Notes: generated by a model from the sequence alone, not told the origin. DNA of 64,000 bases from Candidatus Bathyarchaeota archaeon (GCA_963815095.1 CAWFFH010000003.1:1120001-1184000); one strand, 5' to 3'. Positions 50,583 through 63,953 are shown, counted from the stretch's first letter. Program-made: numbers and translations.

Positions 50583-51200
50583 ACCCAACAAAGAGCCCAG
50601 ATTACACCAACAAATAAAACATTAAACAAATAAAAGTTACTACTAAAATTCTACCCAGACAAAGATTCTGCAAGCAAAATTCTCACCAATAAAAAAATAT
50701 TTTATCATTTCAAGGACATATCCCTTATTCTCTAGTAAAACCAATGGTTAATCAGTATTTTAAACTGCCTAATTATAAGCCCAATAGAAAACTCATTACA
50801 AAATCATGGAAATAAAGTCGCTATCGGCGTTTCTAATCGCTACAGAATGCTCAAAACCAGCGCTTATCGATTCTATCCCAAACAAGACAAAATAATGCAG
50901 AGTTGTTCCATAAATAACGACAATCTTATATGCTGGAATAGTGCTAATAAGGTTCCCCACATATGCAACTCGGCATCAAAGCAAAATGCGCGAGTGAAGA
51001 ATGCAAAAGAAGCTAAACAACGCACGAAAACATCGCCAACAAACCTTGCAACTGTTCAACGATACACTTATATTAAAGAAATCTGCTTCTATTGCAGTTC
51101 AGCAATTATGGGTTATACCATAAAAAAGATGCAACTCCCCACCTAACAGTGTGGAGTGAAGGGTGAGTTGAGTTCCTGATCACTGGGAATTCACAATGAC

Positions 51201-54397
<3,197 letters not shown>

Positions 54398-54600
54398 AAC
54401 TCATATTTGTTTTTTTTGATTTTGTGTTATTGTTTTCTGCTTTCTTTTTTCTTTTGCTCTCCAAGTGTCGGGTTGCAAATGTTTGGTTATGCACGTTAAT
54501 TGTGGTGGTTCTATTTTTGGTGTCGTTTATAGGTAAAATTGGGGTTTTTCTGAGTAAACGTTATATCAGCAAAATTGCAGCTAAGACTGATGAGTAATCT

Positions 54601-54741
54601 ATGACAGCCAATACAAAAACGCCTCTTTGCCCCACCTGTTACATAGAAATGAAACCAAAATGCAACAAAGATAACACCGTAATCTATCACATCTGCCCAC
54701 AATGCGGAACGTTGATTTTGTTTACTCACTCAGGACACTAA
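54601..54741 (+). CDS. Small CPxC/CPxCG zinc-finger microprotein (46 aa)
   Basis: MTANTKTPLCPTCYIEMKPKCNKDNTVIYHICPQCGTLILFTHSGH*; AAACGTTATAT promoter-like element upstream. Confidence 0.65.
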   Translation: MTANTKTPLCPTCYIEMKPKCNKDNTVIYHICPQCGTLILFTHSGH

Positions 54742-54887
54742 AACTGGGTTATGCCGTTGTTATTTGGTTGCAGTGCGGAAAAGCAAAATAGCAAATATTA
54801 ATCAAAATTTAGTTGCAATAAGAATTTCCAGAATCCTGAATTCATAAAGCCTATTTATATCTTCATTGAACATGTTTTTGATTCAAA

Positions 54888-55025
54888 ATGAAAAGTAAAC
54901 AAGTTCTTGAAACCTGCAGTTTAGAGTCCCCGATCACCATTGACTTTTTCGATTTGGATACAGTTGAACAAGTGGTTGAGGAAGCTTTCATTAAGGAACC
55001 GAAGAAGCGAAGACGAAAAGCCTAA
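54888..55025 (+). CDS. Small hypothetical protein (45 aa), acidic core with basic tail
   Basis: MKSKQVLETCSLESPITIDFFDLDTVEQVVEEAFIKEPKKRRRKA*; AAAGCCTATTTATAT promoter-like element upstream. Confidence 0.5.
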   Translation: MKSKQVLETCSLESPITIDFFDLDTVEQVVEEAFIKEPKKRRRKA

Positions 55026-55209
55026 CCTTCAGACCTCAGGCTCAAAACGCTTAATCCTGGCTTTCTATTTTTGTAGAGAAAACAAGTTTAGGTGCAGTAG
55101 ACGCTGGATTTACAGCTAATGTTATGTCCAGACAAAAAAACTCAAGTTCCAAAACCTTTTTAAAAAATGGGCGAAGCGTCAAAAAGAAATTGTTGTTTAG
55201 GCTGAGTCT

Positions 55210-55413
55210 TTATTCGCCCCAGTCTTCGCCCTCAATAGTTAACTCTTGAAGGTCAACACAAACGCCTTTTACCTGTTTAACCTCAAGTTCAAGACCACAG
55301 CCAGGACAACTCACAATTTCACCTTTCTCTGTGTCAGCTGGAATATCTAGATCTGCATCACAGTCTGGGCATTTTGCTTTGTTTTGTTTAATTTGATTTT
55401 GGGGATTAATCAT
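55210..55413 (-). CDS. lysW: Amino-group carrier protein LysW/ArgW
   Basis: CPDC...CPGCG..LEV and C-terminal EDWGE. Confidence 0.92.
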   Translation of the reverse strand: MINPQNQIKQNKAKCPDCDADLDIPADTEKGEIVSCPGCGLELEVKQVKGVCVDLQELTIEGEDWGE

Positions 55414-55556
55414 TATGTTTTTTCTCTTTTTGATTGTTGATTCTCATGGGTGAAGATTTCTTTTAAATATTGCGACTTTTATGTAACAAATTATGCTATT
55501 TATGTTCTATTTGGAACAATAATTGTTAATGCAACCAAAACTAACAAGACCTGAAC

Positions 55557-56618
55557 ATGAGAATAATCTTCCACCTAGACATGGATCACTTCTACACAGC
55601 AGTTGAGGAGCGGGAACGCCCAGAAATCAAAGGCTCAGCCGTAATCGTCGGCGCCGACCCCAAAGCGGGCAGGGGCAGAGGCGTCGTTAGCACGAGTAAT
55701 TATGAGGCGCGAAAGTCCGGTGTGCGTTCGGGTATGCCGATTTCAATGGCTTGGCGGCTTTGCCCAAGAGCGGTGTATTTGCCCCCGGATTTTCCTTTGT
55801 ACATTCGTGTTTCAAGCGAAATCATGGAATTAGCGCGGAAGTATGCGAGAAAGTTTGAGCAGTGGGGGATTGATGAGGTTTTTTTGGATGTAACAGACAA
55901 GGTTGGAAGTTGGGCTGAGGCTGAGGTGTTGGCGCGGCGAATTAAGGCTGAGATTAAAGAGAAAGAGGGGATCACTGCCTCAATTGGTATTGGACCCAAT
56001 AAGCTGGTTGCAAAAGTTGCGAGTGATTTCCAGAAACCCGACGGCTTAACCATCGTTCGGGAAAGTGAAGTGGAAAAGTTCCTTGATCCCTTGCCTGTGC
56101 GCAAGTTGTTGTGGGTTGGACGTAAAACCGAAGCCAAACTCACAGAATTAGGTGTAAACACAATCGGCGACTTGGCGCGTTATGAACCCACAGCGTTGAC
56201 TTCTATGTTTGGCGTAATGGGTTTGCAGATGCATCTGATGGCAAAAGGCGTAGACCGAAGCTAAGTTGAGGAGCGCATGGGTGTAAAAAGTGTCAGTCAC
56301 GAAACCACTTTTGAAGAAGACACTGCAGATTCCACAGCTATCTTTCAAGCTTTGGATGCGCTCTGCGAAGATGTTTTAAAGGAAACAGTTGACCAGCACT
56401 TGCTGTTCAAAACGGTAACCGTTAAAATTCGTTACCAAGGCTTCGAAACACATACAAGAAGCAAAACCCTGCCCTTTCTGACCAACCGTCTCCGTGACCT
56501 GCAAAAGACCGCTAACGAGTTGCTGTTTGCCAACTTGAGCAAAGACCGGAAAGTCAGGTTGATTGGGGTACGGGTTTCCAGCTTGGTTTCAGGGGAAAAG
56601 CAAAAAACTCTAATTTAG
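55557..56618 (+). pseudogene. dinB: Y-family DNA polymerase IV (DinB/Dpo4) interrupted by one in-frame TAA
   Basis: HLDMDHFY, SNYEAR..GV.SGM, GIDE, KPDG; TAA at 56262-64, same frame continues KSVSHETTF..VRLIGVRVS..QKTLI. Confidence 0.85.
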
Positions 56619-56880
56619 AGTTTTTTCGCTGGCGACTTCAGATAGTGTCTTTTGGGTTCATACTATGTTTAGGATTTTGCTTGATTAATCTTTGTGGTCG
56701 CCTGGGTAGCCAACTGCTAACCTGATAACTCGAAGTTGCTGGGAATTTTAAGAGCGCATTACGAGGAGGAAAAATATTTGTTCAGAGTTTTTTGTTCAAT
56801 AGAACAACAACGCTTGAAATTGCTGCACTGATAACCTTGTTTTAGGTTGCTTTTCTGTTTTCGGGCTTGTGGAGTTTGTA

Positions 56881-57658
56881 GGTTGCGTCTGGGGTAGTCG
56901 GTGTTCGTCTGGGTGCGGCTGGTTACGGTTTGGTGTTCTTCTATTCAGGAAAGGTTAGGCTGTCTTGGTTGCAGTGTTAGCGTAAAGTCGATTATGTCAT
57001 AATTGTGCCAGTAATTGTTATTAGTTTAGAATGCAGAAGTTATTTTGGATTACGTATGGCACAGAGGAGTTTGTGTCTGTCTAATAGAAGAAGTCCACAT
57101 GTTTTATTGCGTTTTATAGGGGGCTTTGTTTTGGATTGCTTTTTTGATTTAGGGCTTGTATTGTTTGCGGGTTGCGTCTGTGGAAGTCTGGGTTTGTCTG
57201 GGAAAGGTTTGGGACGGTAGAGTATTGCCTTTAACTGAGAAGGTGTCTTTTCAAGCTATGCTTCAGAAGAGCAACCGACTGCAGATTCCACGGGTGGTAC
57301 GGTGGCGTTTCAAAGTTGAAAGCGACCAGGTTCTAAAGGTAACAGTACACTGCCGCGATGCTTATCTCATGAGTGAGCATTTCTATGCAATAATGAGCAA
57401 AGTGGCCGCATAGTTGTTCCAAAGCTGATACTATTTGTGATTGGTCGTTATAAGCCAAGCCTTGAAGGTTACACATTCCAAGTTGCATTGGAACCATCTT
57501 AGCTATGGGTGATTTGTGAAGGGTTTTTGTTCTGTTAGAAGAAGAACATTTGTTTTTTGCTTGCGGTAAAGGGCTTAGTTTTAACTTGCTCTTTTGGTTT
57601 AGCATTTGGATTGCTTGTCGGCTGCGTCTGGGGGAGTCTTTGTTCGTCTGGAAAGGTT
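56881..57658 (+). repeat. Three copies of a 30-40 bp element, each with GTCT boxes at exact 10-bp spacing
   Basis: Copies start at 56881, 57170, 57620; consensus GG(T/C)TGCGTCTG.GG.AGTC...GTT.GTCTGG. Confidence 0.75.
57225..57502 (+). pseudogene. Tandem AbrB/MazE-like swapped-hairpin DNA-binding protein, frameshifted
   Basis: MPLTEKVSFQAMLQKSNRLQIPRVVR...FYAIMSK, then 1-nt shift to GRIVVPKL...FQVALEPS*. Confidence 0.6.
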
Positions 57659-57841
57659 AAATTTAAGTTATACAAATCTTCGGAGTAATCGCCCACCAAT
57701 CGTCCAACCTCTCAACACCGTTCCAGATGACTACGACGCAGAAGAACCGATCGGCCAAAAAAGAAGTGCAACCACACGAAAAAGATGAAGCGAATCCTCT
57801 AACAAGTTAGCCTCCCCTAAGTTTTTGCCTTTTTTCACTGC

Positions 57842-58783
57842 TCATTTTGCAAGTAGAGCCAGCGATCTAACATTTCCCGAAACACTCAGTCTTATAGCCG
57901 CCACGGCATTCAGAAGCATCGCAATCAAACAGAACAACGAATGAAACGTAACCCGCAGCAAACTCCTGACCCGATGATTCTCAAGCACAGCAGCTCCTTA
58001 AGCCTAAAGTTAACCCTCTCAACTGAAGACCGAAGCCTGTAAAACCGCTTCTCGAGCTTGGGTCCATGAGTTCGAAAGAACCTGTCAACCCTCAACAGCC
58101 CCCTTTGGCCACGCATCTGGTTAGCAGGATAAGGAATAACGACACGACCCCCTGCAGCCTTAGCTTGTTCTCTTTGACCCTGCAAAAGTACTTGCGAATC
58201 CGCAACCAATAGCTTCATCTTCTTTATTGTCGCCTTGAGAGCTTTTTTGAAAAGATCTGGAGCATGCTTTTTCTCGTTGTCGTTGGTGGGAGACACCGTG
58301 ACCGCCAAGGGTAGTTCAGACTTAGCGTCGACTGCGAGGTGTAGTTTGCAGGCCAAGCTCGTAGGTTTTGCCGTTCCTTCCCACCTTGCCCTTGGATCCG
58401 AGCCGCCTCTGCTGTTTTCGTGTATATCTCGCTTGCTGTAGGCTTTGATGAAGGTGGCGTCAAAAGCCACTTTCTTGCCCTTGACGACTTTTTGTCAATC
58501 AACTAGTCGAGCAGGGTGTTCATGATTTTCTCGAGCCTTTTGACTCCGATGCGGTCTCTGAATCGGGTTAACTGTGAAGGGTGATAGGGCTTTTCGTAGT
58601 CTTCGATGTCGCAGATTTCTCTGAGGTCTTGGTCTTTCCATAGTCTTCGGTATAGTTCTCTGTCGCTGGGGCTCTGTTTGGTTTTCTTGGAGGTCTGCCT
58701 GCGCCTTATTTGTGTAGGTTCAGTTAAAGTCTCTTAGATGTCGTCGTGTTCTAAACTGCACAAAATGGAGCGAGAATTTTCAT
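57842..58783 (-). mobile_element. Degenerate IS transposase (IS5/IS1182-like DDE)
   Basis: SDRELYRRL..LREIC..SQLTRFR, DATFIKA, KLHLAVD, RSSVERVN; multiple stops and frameshifts. Confidence 0.75.
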
Positions 58784-59024
58784 TCTTCTCCATAATAGAC
58801 TAAGAATAAATCAGATACAAATGTATTAAGCATGAAAATGTCAATCAAAATAGTTTAGCAACGAACTGGCGTGTGCGTAAGAGCTTCTTGCGACAACATT
58901 GTTTATAAAAAATTGCCAAATTATGTTATTAATGGCTATTTTGTGCATCTGAGTTATTCCGATAGCAAAACTTTTAAATAAAGTCACAGATTGACGCATT
59001 AAATGCAGAACAGGAGACAAAAGA

Positions 59025-61643
59025 ATGAATTTATACAAAGATAAGAAAACTACAATTGCACTCGTAATATTGCTAATAGTTTCAATGTCAGCTTCAATGA
59101 TGCTACTACCCAGCACATCCGCTCATACCCCTAAATGGGATCTGACAACTAATGCTTACATATCAGCTAACCCCAATCCTATAGGCGTCGGTCAATCAAC
59201 CCTTGTATACATGTGGTTAAACAAAGTCTACGACGGCGCAGCAATCGGCAACGATAATAGGTTCCACAACTACAAACTCACCATAACAGCCCCTGACGGT
59301 ACAAACACAACCCAAACTTTCGACACGATCCAGGATACAACATCTAACCAAGGCTATCGTTTCACACCTGACCAAGTCGGAACATACAACCTTACCTTCA
59401 ACTTTCCAGGACAAGCCATAAACGACTATACACATGATGCTAACTCGCAATATGTAAACGACACATACCTCCCCAGCAGCGCAACAACAACACTAATTGT
59501 CCAAGAAGAAGGAATTTCATATATTCCGCAAGCACCTTTGCCAGCGGAGTATTGGACACGACCCATATACGGCGAGAACACTAACTGGTTTACTATATCA
59601 TCTAACTGGCTAGGCAGCGGCTCACCCGGCTACGGCGGCTTCTCAAACAGTTACAACGCAGGCGGAAACGGCGAACTGATAAGCCCACAAGACGCAGTTG
59701 GACCATTGACTTCTCACATAATGTGGACAAGGCCATATCAAACGGGCGGAGTCGTTGGAGGCGACAACTTTGCAATCCAAGGAGACACCTACTTCGAAGG
59801 CTCAGCATATAACCAGAGATTCACCAACCCAATAATTGTGAACGGCAAACTATACTACACACAAACAGAATCTTTCGTAGTGTCCTTCTTTGGAGCCTCA
59901 GGACCGCTTCAATGTGTTGATCTGCGAACAGGAAAACTTATATGGTCAAGAGCTGATGTTCCCGCAATTAGCTTTGCCTACATCTATGATGTTCAAGACC
60001 CTAACCAACACGGTGTTTACCCAGCAATACTCTTCACAAGCAACTTTGCCCGGGCATTTGACGCAGACACTGGAGACCCACTGTTCAACGTAACTGGTGT
60101 GCCATCAGCAAATCAGTACCAAATGGCACTTGGTCCACAGGGAGAACAGCTACGGTTCGTTTTAACAAACAAAGGAACGAGTTCAAATCCAAACTGGTAT
60201 CTAGCCGAATGGAACTCTTCTAAGCTTTGGGATTACACTGGTTTATCCCCCGCCATTTCGGGCTCAACCGATGCTAGCACCTCCAATCGTTACGATTGGA
60301 ATGTCTCAGTTTCCGCTCTTAACTCAGCAGGTTCATCCATCACAGTAGTTCGCGCCCTATACAATGATACACTTCTATGCTACAGCGGAACATTACCCTC
60401 CCAAGGAGCCACATTCATGGGTACATTGGGTTTCAACGATTACACATACTACGCCATTAGTCTTGCTAAAGGTCACGAGGGCAGTCTTCTATGGTCAAAC
60501 ACACTAAATCCACCAGCAGGCAACCTTACCGTAATGGAAGCTGGTGTTGATCCAATAAACCGCGTCTTCACTGAAAACCTAAGAGAAACTAACAACTTTG
60601 TTGGCTACAACTTAGATACAGGCGCAAAAATTTGGGGACCAACAACACCTCAAGTAGCTCTCGACTACTACGGCAGCCCCTCTTCCGGCAGTATAACCGA
60701 TACAATAGCTTACGGTAAACTATACGCAATGGGCTATGGAGGCATAGTCTACTGCTATGACACCAACACGGGCGATCTCCTCTGGACTTACGGAAATGGC
60801 GGAGCTGGCAACAGCACAAACAGCGGCTTTGAAGTACCAGGACACTACCCAATATTCGTCCAAGCCATCGGCAACGATGTTGTGTACCTTGCCTCTTCAG
60901 AGCACACAGTCGAAACACCAATCTACAGAGGCGCACTAGCACGAGCAATCAACGCAACCACCGGCGAAGAAATCTGGACTCTCTCAAGTTATACTGGCGA
61001 GTTCTTCGCCATGAGCTATGCAATTGCAGACGGTTACGCAACCTGGTTCAACGGCTATGACAACCAAATCTACAGTGTAGGCAAAGGACCAACAACTCTA
61101 AACGTAGAAGCACCAACACTTGCTAGCACACTAGGCTCAAATCTAGTAATTCGCGGATCAGTTTACGACATTTCTGCAGGCACACAACAAAGCGAGCAAG
61201 CAAGTCGCTTCACCAAAGGTGTTCCATGTGCAGCTGATGAAATTATGACCGGCTGGATGGGTTATGTCTATCAGCAACAAGTAATGCCAAGCAACTTCAA
61301 AGGCGTTGACGTAACAATCGATGTGGTAGATGCTAACGGCAACTATCGAAACATAGGAACAGCAACTACTGATGCGAGTGGAGCATACACTCTAACATGG
61401 ATGCCTGATATTCTTGGAGACTACACTGTTATTGCTACTTTCCATGGCACCAACGGTTACTGGCCATCATACGCAGAAACAAGTTTCACAGTTGACCCAG
61501 CAGCAGCAACACCGTCACCCACGGAAGCACCACCACAATCAGTAGTTGACATGTACTTTGTTCCCGCAGTCGCAGGCATAATCATTGCCATAGTAATAGT
61601 TGGCATTATCTTAGCGCTGCTCTTACTCCGGAAACGACCATAA
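59025..61643 (+). CDS. Secreted, C-terminally anchored PQQ-binding-like beta-propeller surface protein (paralogue 2)
   Basis: Shares AHTP.W, NP.GVGQ, EYWTRPI.GEN, DPNQHGV, WTYGNG..GNST, GKGP with 10302..12965. Confidence 0.8.
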   Translation: MNLYKDKKTTIALVILLIVSMSASMMLLPSTSAHTPKWDLTTNAYISANPNPIGVGQSTLVYMWLNKVYDGAAIGNDNRFHNYKLTITAPDGTNTTQTFDTIQDTTSNQGYRFTPDQVGTYNLTFNFPGQAINDYTHDANSQYVNDTYLPSSATTTLIVQEEGISYIPQAPLPAEYWTRPIYGENTNWFTISSNWLGSGSPGYGGFSNSYNAGGNGELISPQDAVGPLTSHIMWTRPYQTGGVVGGDNFAIQGDTYFEGSAYNQRFTNPIIVNGKLYYTQTESFVVSFFGASGPLQCVDLRTGKLIWSRADVPAISFAYIYDVQDPNQHGVYPAILFTSNFARAFDADTGDPLFNVTGVPSANQYQMALGPQGEQLRFVLTNKGTSSNPNWYLAEWNSSKLWDYTGLSPAISGSTDASTSNRYDWNVSVSALNSAGSSITVVRALYNDTLLCYSGTLPSQGATFMGTLGFNDYTYYAISLAKGHEGSLLWSNTLNPPAGNLTVMEAGVDPINRVFTENLRETNNFVGYNLDTGAKIWGPTTPQVALDYYGSPSSGSITDTIAYGKLYAMGYGGIVYCYDTNTGDLLWTYGNGGAGNSTNSGFEVPGHYPIFVQAIGNDVVYLASSEHTVETPIYRGALARAINATTGEEIWTLSSYTGEFFAMSYAIADGYATWFNGYDNQIYSVGKGPTTLNVEAPTLASTLGSNLVIRGSVYDISAGTQQSEQASRFTKGVPCAADEIMTGWMGYVYQQQVMPSNFKGVDVTIDVVDANGNYRNIGTATTDASGAYTLTWMPDILGDYTVIATFHGTNGYWPSYAETSFTVDPAAATPSPTEAPPQSVVDMYFVPAVAGIIIAIVIVGIILALLLLRKRP

Positions 61644-61654
61644 AACAAGCAACC

Positions 61655-61686
61655 AAAAACAAACACCTCTCTTTCTTTTTTTGTTT
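61655..61686 (+). terminator. Pyrimidine-tract terminator shared by both beta-propeller genes
   Basis: AAAACAAA(CA)CCTCTCTTTCTTTTTT here and at about 12977-13003. Confidence 0.55.
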
Positions 61687-61704
61687 AAAGGCAGAATATA
61701 AATG

Positions 61705-61801
61705 GCTGAGAAGGCCCTAGTAAATTTCACAAAAATAACTATAAGCTGTTAAAAGAGAGTTTGCATTTTCTCTTTTCTCCGATTTGGTCCAGAGTCTCAG
61801 C
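61705..61801 (+). ncRNA. Candidate small RNA hairpin element C
   Basis: GCTGAGA / TCTCAGC closing stem; inner AAAAGAGAG / TTCTCTTTT; motif TTGCATTTTCTCTTTTCTCC. Confidence 0.4.
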
Positions 61802-61952
61802 AAACCATACTAATTTTGAAAAATATGAATCACTTTGCCAGCAGCCGAATCTACAGCTACATTCTCTGTTTAGACAGGAGCATTGACTTGCTTGTTGGCG
61901 AAAACCTGCAGAGTTCCTCAGGACGTGTAAACATTAAAATTCCTGCTCATAC

Positions 61953-62273
61953 ATGGTAGAAACAAGAACACCATTAATCTATCAAGATAATCATCCATTA
62001 TTGAAACCAGTTCCAATTCCGTTGATGAGTTCAAATCCTTTAAACCTACCAACCCCGACACCTTCCACAACGCAGCTTCCTACGATTAATATTGGTGCAG
62101 AACCACCGCAGACAGCGTCTATAATTATTGTCACTATTACCTTTGCAATCGCATTAGCGGTGGCTGCTGGTTTGTTTACTTTTTCAGAAAACAAAAGCGT
62201 GAAGCTGTACAAGGATAAAAAAAAACAAAATTACTGGTCAACTTTGGATATAAAGACCGTTAAAGCGAATTAA
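61953..62273 (+). CDS. Probable remnant C-terminus of a surface protein (PT linker plus TM anchor)
   Basis: PTPTPSTT, INIGAEPP, hydrophobic helix; no signal peptide. Confidence 0.4.
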   Translation: MVETRTPLIYQDNHPLLKPVPIPLMSSNPLNLPTPTPSTTQLPTINIGAEPPQTASIIIVTITFAIALAVAAGLFTFSENKSVKLYKDKKKQNYWSTLDIKTVKAN

Positions 62274-62340
62274 TCGACAAGTGGAAAAAGTAGAGGGTGA
62301 CCAATGACATATGCATCAGCTTCTTGGGGTGGTTTGAGGA

Positions 62341-62997
62341 CTATTCTTCGTATTTTGTTAGATCCGCAAAGCATGCTTCCTTGAAGGCTTTTTTGCGATT
62401 TATGCAGGATTCGCATTTACCGCAGTGTTTGGCGTCTTCACGGTAACACGACCATGTCAACTCAAAGGGCACACCCAAATTGAACCCTTCTTCAATTACC
62501 TCGGATTTACGTTTGCCACTGAATGGCGCTTCAACACTAATGTCCTCACCAGTACCCAACCTTGCTGCTTTCTCAAATGCTTCGTAAAATTCTCGGCGGC
62601 AATCAGGATAAAACGGTTCATCTGAGCCATGTGCACCATAAAAAATCTTTTGTGCGCCGACTGAAACCGCGTAAGAAACCGCTACAGAGAGGAAGATTGC
62701 GTTTCTGAAAGGGACGATTATGGGTTGGCTGAACTCAGATGTTAGGGGGATGTTGGTGTTGCATAGTGAGGTTACGTCGCCGAAGACTTCCTTTAGTGCT
62801 GAAAGGTCGACGATTTTTGTTTTGGCGCCAAGGCTTTCCGCGATTTTTTGTGCACATGCGGTTTCTTTTACGGCGATTTGACCATAGTTGAAGGTTATAG
62901 GGTACACCTCATAGCCTTCTTTTTTTGCCCAATATGCCACTACAGCTGAGTCTGGGCCACCACTAAGGACAACTACACATTTTTCTTTTTTATTCAT
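62341..62997 (-). CDS. queC: 7-cyano-7-deazaguanine (preQ0) synthase
   Basis: SGGPDS, FNYGQ, VPFRN, YPDCR, TWSCY, CGKCESC. Confidence 0.95.
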   Translation of the reverse strand: MNKKEKCVVVLSGGPDSAVVAYWAKKEGYEVYPITFNYGQIAVKETACAQKIAESLGAKTKIVDLSALKEVFGDVTSLCNTNIPLTSEFSQPIIVPFRNAIFLSVAVSYAVSVGAQKIFYGAHGSDEPFYPDCRREFYEAFEKAARLGTGEDISVEAPFSGKRKSEVIEEGFNLGVPFELTWSCYREDAKHCGKCESCINRKKAFKEACFADLTKYEE

Positions 62998-63015
62998 TTT
63001 TCTTTCCTTCTATTT

Positions 63016-63519
63016 TTAGTTTGCAAATTGTGTTTGGAAGAGACCGGTTTTTTTTAGTGCCTTAAAGACTGGCCATCCTATGAGAACGGTTGCAATGATG
63101 TTTCCTACGGCTACCCAAGCTATGGTGACTAACAGTGGTAACCCATACAGGTAAGATAGCATCCATCCCACTGTTGTTCCAATGACAATTGAGTATGCTA
63201 TGCATGTTCCGATTACTGTATAGTCGTTTTTGATGCGTTTGTAAACGTAATAGACCACAAAGGACATGACAAAAGAGGGTATGGTGTTAAGTAAGTCTAA
63301 TGGACCAGCTGTTGAAAATATGTTTGCAACGAATACTCCCAAGGTGTGTCCCAAAACTCCGGCTAAACCAAGCAGGGGAACAACACCAAGCATTGCATCC
63401 GCAACACGGAGGTTAACGGGTCCATATGAAAAAGCTCCAAGAACAACAACAAGAACTGCATAAAGTGCAGCATAAATCGCAATTATAGCTATATTTTTTG
63501 TTTGTATTTTCAATTGCAT
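63016..63519 (-). CDS. queT: QueT family transporter (queuosine-precursor ECF S component)
   Basis: AALYAVL, SYGPVNLRVAD, G..LG.F.AN.FS; cotranscribed with queC. Confidence 0.82.
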   Translation of the reverse strand: MQLKIQTKNIAIIAIYAALYAVLVVVLGAFSYGPVNLRVADAMLGVVPLLGLAGVLGHTLGVFVANIFSTAGPLDLLNTIPSFVMSFVVYYVYKRIKNDYTVIGTCIAYSIVIGTTVGWMLSYLYGLPLLVTIAWVAVGNIIATVLIGWPVFKALKKTGLFQTQFAN

Positions 63520-63592
63520 TTTTCTCCCTACTCCCGGGTTTTATTTTGGTTGGCGGAACGGGTAGGAGAATCAACTCACCCGCCAATTGCCC
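63520..63592 (-). promoter_or_regulatory. Structured 5' leader of queT-queC, candidate riboswitch
   Basis: Stem UUGGCGG/CCGCCAA; loop UUCUCCUACCCG complementary to the SD region CGGGAGUAGGGAGAA; A-rich linker. Confidence 0.55.
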
Positions 63593-63773
63593 ACTAAAAC
63601 TGTGGTGTAGCCTAAAAATGTTGTGAAAGATCTTCCTTTCAAACATTATTTCTTTGGTGTACTTGGGGCAAAAGTAGTTTTTTGTTAGTAAAGAAAGTTT
63701 GACTAAACTTAGTCAAGAAATCTTTACGAAAACGCATTTTACCTATGACTGAAAATAAGCAAGCAATGGAGAA

Positions 63774-63953
63774 GTGAAGGATACGGCGTTAAACCACTAT
63801 GTGATAAATCATAGGCTCTTAATACAAATGCAGAAGAACGGCAATATTTTCTGCGCTATATGTCACCAACCCATCGTTGAAGGACAGCGGGTTGCTTCAA
63901 GAAAAGCCACATCTGTTCGTCATGAAGAGTGCTATGAGCGTTCATTTGTTTAA
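63774..63953 (+). CDS. Small CxxC...HxxC zinc-finger protein (59 aa)
   Basis: GTG after GGAG; ...FCAICHQPIVEGQRV...VRHEECYERSFV*; followed by hairpin and T-tract. Confidence 0.6.
   Translation: MKDTALNHYVINHRLLIQMQKNGNIFCAICHQPIVEGQRVASRKATSVRHEECYERSFV

Noticed and set aside
56881-57658. Repeats as a CRISPR array
   Set aside because: Copies are degenerate, spaced about 290 and 450 bp apart, and no cas genes are present
57840-58772. Imperfect inverted repeat GCTCATTTTGCA / TGCACAAAATGGAGC as IS ends
   Set aside because: Gapped match, one copy lies inside the presumed transposase start, and no target duplication is seen
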